Positions 35,431-39,662 of a stretch of DNA of 39,662 bases are shown one piece after another; positions within the stretch are counted from its first letter, which is position 1; every line of letters starts with the position of its first letter. The translations under genes were made by a program, and so were the position numbers. Below the pieces are notes generated by a model that saw nothing but the letters and a program-made list of their open reading frames with translations, ran no database searches and had not been told where the DNA came from. The stretch is taken from the NCBI GenBank assembly GCA_023133185.1, contig JAGLWX010000067.1, positions 1 to 39,662 of the forward strand, given 5' to 3'. The stretch is from Fidelibacterota bacterium. Its GTDB lineage: Bacteria > Fidelibacterota > UBA2242.

Positions 35431-36291
35431 ATGGAAATAAAATTAGGGATTATCGGCGGCACTGGGTTTTACGAGCTTACGGGTGTAAAAGAGCTAAATC
35501 GTCTTACGCTGAAAACTCCCTACGGTGATCCCTCCGACGAATATATGATCGGTGAAAGAGATGGAAAAGAGATTGTGTTTCTGCCACGGCACGGGAGGGG
35601 ACATACCATTCTGCCCATGAAAGTAAATTATCGCGCCAATGTTTACGGGATGAAACAGCTGGGAGTAACCCATATTATTTCGATTTCGACAGTCGGCAGC
35701 TTCAAAGAAGAAATTGAACCGGGATCAATCGTATTTATCGATCAGTATTTCGATCGCACCAAAAAGCAAGTTCATGATACATTTTTCGATGAAGGCGCTG
35801 CTATTCACATTTCCTTTGGAGACCCGATTTGCCCTTGTATGCACGGTCAATTATTGGAGATTGCCGGAGATTTGGATGTCAAATACACTTCTTCGGGAAC
35901 TTATGTAAATATTGAAGGACCATCTTTTTCTACCAGGGCGGAATCCAAATTATATCGCTCATGGGGAATGTCGGTAATCGGAATGACGAATATATATGAA
36001 GCTAAACTGTGCCGTGAAGCGGAATTGCATTTTGCAACCATCGCGCAGGTTACCGATTATGACAGCTGGAAGGAAGAGTCGGTGGATGTGCCCTCAGTCA
36101 TGGCAAATCTGGGGAAAGCGACTGAAAGCGCCGGCAAGGTAGTGGCAGGCTATATCAAGAAATTTCCTTTTCAGGAATGCCGTTGTGCTTGCCAAAATGC
36201 TCTAAAAACAGCGTTTGTGTCGGATATAAACAGGTTGGAACCGTCATTAAAACAACGCTACGCGCTCTTTCTGGATAAATATTTTAATTGA
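35431..36291 (+). CDS. mtnP: S-methyl-5'-thioadenosine phosphorylase
   Basis: 286-aa ORF. Motifs include LGIIGGTGFYEL, LPRHGRGHTILPMKVNYRANVYGMKQLGV, GTYVNIEGPSFSTRAES and GMTNIYEAKLCREAEL..VTDYDSW, the canonical MTAP/PNP-family pattern. Confidence 0.9.
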   Translation: MEIKLGIIGGTGFYELTGVKELNRLTLKTPYGDPSDEYMIGERDGKEIVFLPRHGRGHTILPMKVNYRANVYGMKQLGVTHIISISTVGSFKEEIEPGSIVFIDQYFDRTKKQVHDTFFDEGAAIHISFGDPICPCMHGQLLEIAGDLDVKYTSSGTYVNIEGPSFSTRAESKLYRSWGMSVIGMTNIYEAKLCREAELHFATIAQVTDYDSWKEESVDVPSVMANLGKATESAGKVVAGYIKKFPFQECRCACQNALKTAFVSDINRLEPSLKQRYALFLDKYFN

Positions 36292-36338
36292 ACTTACCGT
36301 TGAAATTGTTAATATATCCCTCTTATTTGGTAACTAAT

Positions 36339-36663
36339 CAGCCACAAAGGCACCAAGGCACAAAGGAAGAATATGAGTTTTAAACCACTATCAGAGAAGG
36401 AAGAATTCATTGCAAAAAAAATTGTAGATGCTGCATATACAGTACATAAGAAGTTGGGACCTGGTTTGCTTGAAAAAGTTTATGAAATATGTTTTTGTCA
36501 TGAACTATCTAAACGAGGACTAAAATATCAAAGACAGGTTGATATCCCAATTATATATGATGGAATAATCTTTAATGAAGGACTACGTGCAGATGTTTTG
36601 GTAGAGAAACTTTAAGAAAAGATATATTTTATGATCTTAGTGAACTTAGTGACTTAGTGGCTG
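36339..36663. repeat. Triple-octamer inverted arms bracketing the GxxExxY gene fragment
   Basis: The upstream arm is cagccacaaaggcaccaaggcacaaagg (36339-36366). The downstream arm gatcttagtgaacttagtgacttagtggctg (36633-36663) has reverse complement cagccactaagtcactaagttcactaagatc. They share the cagccac head and a 3 x CACNAAG(G/T) architecture. Confidence 0.6.
36373..36615 (+). pseudogene. GxxExxY-family (PD-(D/E)XK-like) protein, C-terminally truncated
   Basis: 80-aa ORF with the GxxExxY signature in GPGLLEKVYE, then CHELSKRGLKYQRQVDIPIIYDG..LRADVLVEKL*. From memory, family members are ~125 aa and continue with the ..ELK.. nuclease motif, which is missing here. Confidence 0.6.
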
Positions 36664-36721
36664 AACAGATTTAAGATGTATTTTCACGAATTGATAAAAC
36701 AATAGAGGAGTCAAAGGAATT

Positions 36722-38209
36722 TTGAAAATTAAAGTCAGACAAAAATATGAATCTATGCATCCTGATCGTATCGTAACAATTTCAAATGTGATTTCCATAT
36801 TGCGGGCTTTTATGGCATTGCCTATCCTGTATTTTCTGCAGAAAGGAAAAGGGGATGTTGCGCTGATATTCATTCTGATTGCCATTGTTTCCGACGTTCT
36901 CGATGGCTGGCTTGCACGAATCAGTAATGAGATTACCGATATTGGAAAGGTTCTGGACCCTATTGCAGATAAAGTAGTGATTTTCAGTGTAATGCTATAC
37001 CTCATGTTCGCGGATAGAATGCCGGCGTATTTCTTTCTATTGTTGGCGATTCGCGATCTTACTATTGTATTAATGGGAGTATATCTGTTGAATTACCATA
37101 AGATCGCTCCTTATGCAAATAAACTCGGTAAAATCTCAATTACCTTTACTTCTGCGACTGTTCTGGCTTTTGTTTATTCCGATATTGCCCATGATTGGGT
37201 TTTGCTGATCATGTGGATTACTATATTCTTTCTCCTGATCTCATGGGTCCAGTACTGCCGCGTCTTCGTCGGTCAGATTACCGGGGCTAAAAAAAAAACA
37301 GCAGTATCTGAGCGATTCTCAAAACTTTCCAAAGGTCTGAAAAAAACCGAAAGTAGTATCGCGTCGCGGATACCTCTTTTAGGTAAAATTTTTCGTATCG
37401 ACAGTGATATGTTGACGTCGATTGAAGAAACGTTGGTTGCTTCCGATCTGGGCGTTGACCTGACTGACATTCTAATTGACAGGCTTAAGAATGTTGACCG
37501 GAAAGAGGCGGAAAAATTAGAAGATATTCTGAAATCCGAGATGAAGTCGCTAATTAAAACCGATGAAAATATGCCCGATACCAATGCCAAACCGAGGGTC
37601 ATGTTATTCGTAGGCGTGAATGGAACGGGGAAAACAACCAGCATCGGAAAGCTGGCGCGAAAATTCACGTCGGAAGGAAAAAGAGTATTAACGGTTGCAG
37701 CGGATACGTTTCGTGCGGCTGCTTATGACCAGCTTAAGATATGGGCGGACCGCGCTGATGCGGACTTTATGGGAAATCCAAAGGGCAAAGATCCGTCTTC
37801 AGTCGCCTACGACGCAATTAAATCAGCCCTCGCAAAAGGACACGATATTGTCATGATCGATACAGCCGGTCGGCTTCATACCAGGTCTAACCTGATGAAT
37901 GAACTTGTCAAGATTAAGCGGGTGATCGCCAAACTGATCCCCGACGCACCTCACGATATCTGGCTCGTTCTGGACGCCAATACGGGTCAGAACGGCATTG
38001 TTCAGGCACAGGAATTCATGAACGCCGTGAGTGTAACCGGTATTATTTTGACTAAACTGGACGGCACGGCAAAAGGCGGCGTCGTTTTAGCCATTCACCA
38101 CAAATTGAGCATTCCCATTCGTTATTTGGGAGTTGGAGAACAAATCGACGATCTAATTGAATTCGATCCGAATAATTTTGTTGACGCCCTGCTTTCTAAT
38201 GATAATTAA
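36722..38209 (+). CDS. ftsY: Fusion protein: CDP-alcohol phosphatidyltransferase (PgsA-like) membrane domain plus signal-recognition-particle receptor FtsY NG domain
   Basis: 495-aa ORF with a TTG start at 36722; the first in-frame ATG (MHPDRIV) is 11 codons later. The N-terminal ~190 aa contain an intact DxxDGxxARx8GxxxDxxxD motif (DVLDGWLARISNEITDIGKVLDPIADK) and several TM segments. The C-terminal ~300 aa are FtsY-like (FSKLSKGLKKT, GVNGTGKTTSIGKLA, DTAGRLH, TKLDGTAKGG). The junction carries an A10 tract (37289-37298). Confidence 0.8.
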   Translation: MKIKVRQKYESMHPDRIVTISNVISILRAFMALPILYFLQKGKGDVALIFILIAIVSDVLDGWLARISNEITDIGKVLDPIADKVVIFSVMLYLMFADRMPAYFFLLLAIRDLTIVLMGVYLLNYHKIAPYANKLGKISITFTSATVLAFVYSDIAHDWVLLIMWITIFFLLISWVQYCRVFVGQITGAKKKTAVSERFSKLSKGLKKTESSIASRIPLLGKIFRIDSDMLTSIEETLVASDLGVDLTDILIDRLKNVDRKEAEKLEDILKSEMKSLIKTDENMPDTNAKPRVMLFVGVNGTGKTTSIGKLARKFTSEGKRVLTVAADTFRAAAYDQLKIWADRADADFMGNPKGKDPSSVAYDAIKSALAKGHDIVMIDTAGRLHTRSNLMNELVKIKRVIAKLIPDAPHDIWLVLDANTGQNGIVQAQEFMNAVSVTGIILTKLDGTAKGGVVLAIHHKLSIPIRYLGVGEQIDDLIEFDPNNFVDALLSNDN

Positions 38210-38237
38210 AAATAGATTATTAACATGTATTATTCAT

Positions 38238-38449
38238 AGCCACGAAGGCACCAAGACACAAAGTATTTTATAGATAAAAAATATAAATACGGGATAAGAC
38301 CATTTTGAAAAAGTCAATTATTGATGGAATCGTAAAAAGTATCAAAACTGTTATTCTGAGAAGCTTGTCTTAAATGTGTCAGCAGCTTTGGTTTGGATAT
38401 ATGTTTCTTATAAACTTAATAATTTTCTGCGTCCTCTGCGCCTCTGCGT
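38238..38449. repeat. Second pair of triple-octamer arms without a credible ORF between them (empty or decayed cassette)
   Basis: The left arm is agccacgaaggcaccaagacacaaag (38238-38263). The right arm is ctgcgtcctctgcgcctctgcg (38428-38449; 3 x CTGCG at 9- and 8-nt spacing). Only about 160 nt of AT-rich sequence lie between them. Confidence 0.45.
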
Positions 38450-38495
38450 TAAGTATTAAAACCCTTTTCAAATGAGATCTAAACAGGCTAAATGT

Positions 38496-39662
38496 ATGTT
38501 AAAAAAATCGTTCTCGATCATATCACTTGGATGTCCAAAAAATACGGTCGATTCGGAAGTGTTGAAAGGATATCTCGAAAAGTTGGATTATAACTATCTT
38601 CAAGAACCGGAAGATGCGGATATCATTATCATAAACACCTGCGGTTTCATTGATTTTGCAAAAGAAGAATCAATCGAAGTCATCCTGGAAACAGTCGAAT
38701 TAAAGAAGACAAACCCCGGTAAAAAAATCCTCGTTGTCGGTTGTCTGTCACAACGCTATCCTGAACAGCTGCGAACTGCACTCCCGGAAGTGGATGGAAT
38801 ATTTGGAATCGACTCATGGGACAAAGTAATCAAAAATATTGTTGAAACTTCCGAATCCTGCGAAGATGTGGAACGAATCCGGTCGCTGCTGACTCCGGGA
38901 TATTTTGCTTATCTGAAAATTGCGGAGGGATGTGATAACAGTTGCAGTTTTTGTTCGATTCCCCTGATCCGGGGGCAACAGAAAAGCCGGAGCGTGGACA
39001 GTTTACTGCGGGAAGCTGAATACTTAAACCAAAAAGGTGTGCAGGAACTTATTCTGATTGCCCAGGACTTAACCCGCTATGGATCTGACCTTCCCTCAAA
39101 ACCGGATCTATTCAAATTGTTGCAGGAACTGCTGCCGATGAAACTGTTTCCCTGGGTTCGCTTATTGTATGGAAACCCGGATTTCTGGAATCCAAAATTG
39201 AACGCTCTTTTTCAAAAGTACCCGGAGTTATGCCCCTATCTTGACATACCGGTTCAACATGCTTCACCGCGAATATTGAAGTTGATGGAACGGGGATATG
39301 ATATTCGGAAGGTCAAACGGAAATTGCGCCGGCTCCGGCAGGATGTTCCCACAATTGCACTAAGAACATCCGTTATGGTGGGATTTCCGTCGGAAAGTGA
39401 TGATGATTTCAATATGCTGCTGGATTTTATTGAAGATATTCGATTCGAGCGGTTGGGAGTGTTTACCTATTCACAGGAAGAGGATACCAAGGCGGCAGAA
39501 TTACCGGATAACATTTCACCTGAAGAAAAGGAACGCCGCAAAGATATCGTGATGCAGATACAGTGGTCGATTGCACGTGATTTTGCCGCTTCAAAAGTCG
39601 GGCGGAAAATTGATGTGATTATTGAAGAGCGGGAGACAAACGGATTCCTTGGCAGGACAGTC
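38496..39662 (+). CDS. rimO: Ribosomal protein S12 methylthiotransferase RimO (3'-partial, runs off the window)
   Basis: Absent from the ORF track because there is no stop codon in the window. Manual translation from ATG 38496 gives MLKKSFSIISLGCPKNTVDSEVLKGYLEKLDY..IIINTCGFI..LVVGCLSQRYP..AYLKIAEGCDNSCSFCSIPLIRGQQKSRS..FLGRTV. This is the MiaB/RimO N-terminal Cys triad plus the radical-SAM CxxxCxxC, with 389 codons in frame to the window end. Confidence 0.88.
   Translation, partial: MLKKSFSIISLGCPKNTVDSEVLKGYLEKLDYNYLQEPEDADIIIINTCGFIDFAKEESIEVILETVELKKTNPGKKILVVGCLSQRYPEQLRTALPEVDGIFGIDSWDKVIKNIVETSESCEDVERIRSLLTPGYFAYLKIAEGCDNSCSFCSIPLIRGQQKSRSVDSLLREAEYLNQKGVQELILIAQDLTRYGSDLPSKPDLFKLLQELLPMKLFPWVRLLYGNPDFWNPKLNALFQKYPELCPYLDIPVQHASPRILKLMERGYDIRKVKRKLRRLRQDVPTIALRTSVMVGFPSESDDDFNMLLDFIEDIRFERLGVFTYSQEEDTKAAELPDNISPEEKERRKDIVMQIQWSIARDFAASKVGRKIDVIIEERETNGFLGRTV

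Noticed and set aside
37289-37298. The A10 homopolymer as a sequencing frameshift that artificially fuses pgsA-like and ftsY genes.
   Set aside because: This is not fully excluded. However, no start codon exists for an independent FtsY upstream of its conserved N-terminal motif, so a genuine fusion is the simpler reading. It is kept as a finding with a read-level check.

Overview
This 39.7-kb window has all credible genes on the + strand. It looks like an uncultivated FCB-superphylum-type bacterium: three proteins end in T9SS/Por C-terminal sorting domains, and GC is roughly 40-45% by eye. Phylum cannot be assigned from sequence alone. Gene content falls into three parts. (1) A secreted/surface-protein cluster: a 1208-aa CarboxypepD_reg-repeat protein, an M14 carboxypeptidase with a dockerin, a 1519-aa gingipain-like C25 peptidase with dockerin and T9SS CTD, a PEGA-domain protein, a small cohesin-domain protein, and a 4904-aa giant protein. 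The giant combines beta-helix, LamG, Fn3, PQQ-propeller, FG-GAP and 12 Asp-box Ig-like domains with a dockerin, a cohesin-like domain and a T9SS CTD. (2) Housekeeping genes: htrA-like protease, mtnP, a CDP-alcohol phosphatidyltransferase::FtsY fusion, and rimO (3'-partial). (3) Small selfish-looking cargo genes, each bracketed by repeats: a four-helix-bundle/23S-IVS-type protein, a REP-associated Y1 transposase (RAYT), a truncated ORF6N protein and a truncated GxxExxY protein. The most unusual property is the density and organisation of short perfect palindromes. Four unrelated hairpin classes occur in a fixed cyclic order around the RAYT and at three other loci. A ~350-bp structured trailer follows two T9SS genes. 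Nucleotide-level (7/14-nt periodic) inverted-repeat insertions sit in frame inside the giant ORF. No rRNA, tRNA, CRISPR array or cas genes were found. All family assignments rest on motif recognition by eye; no HMM or BLAST search was run.
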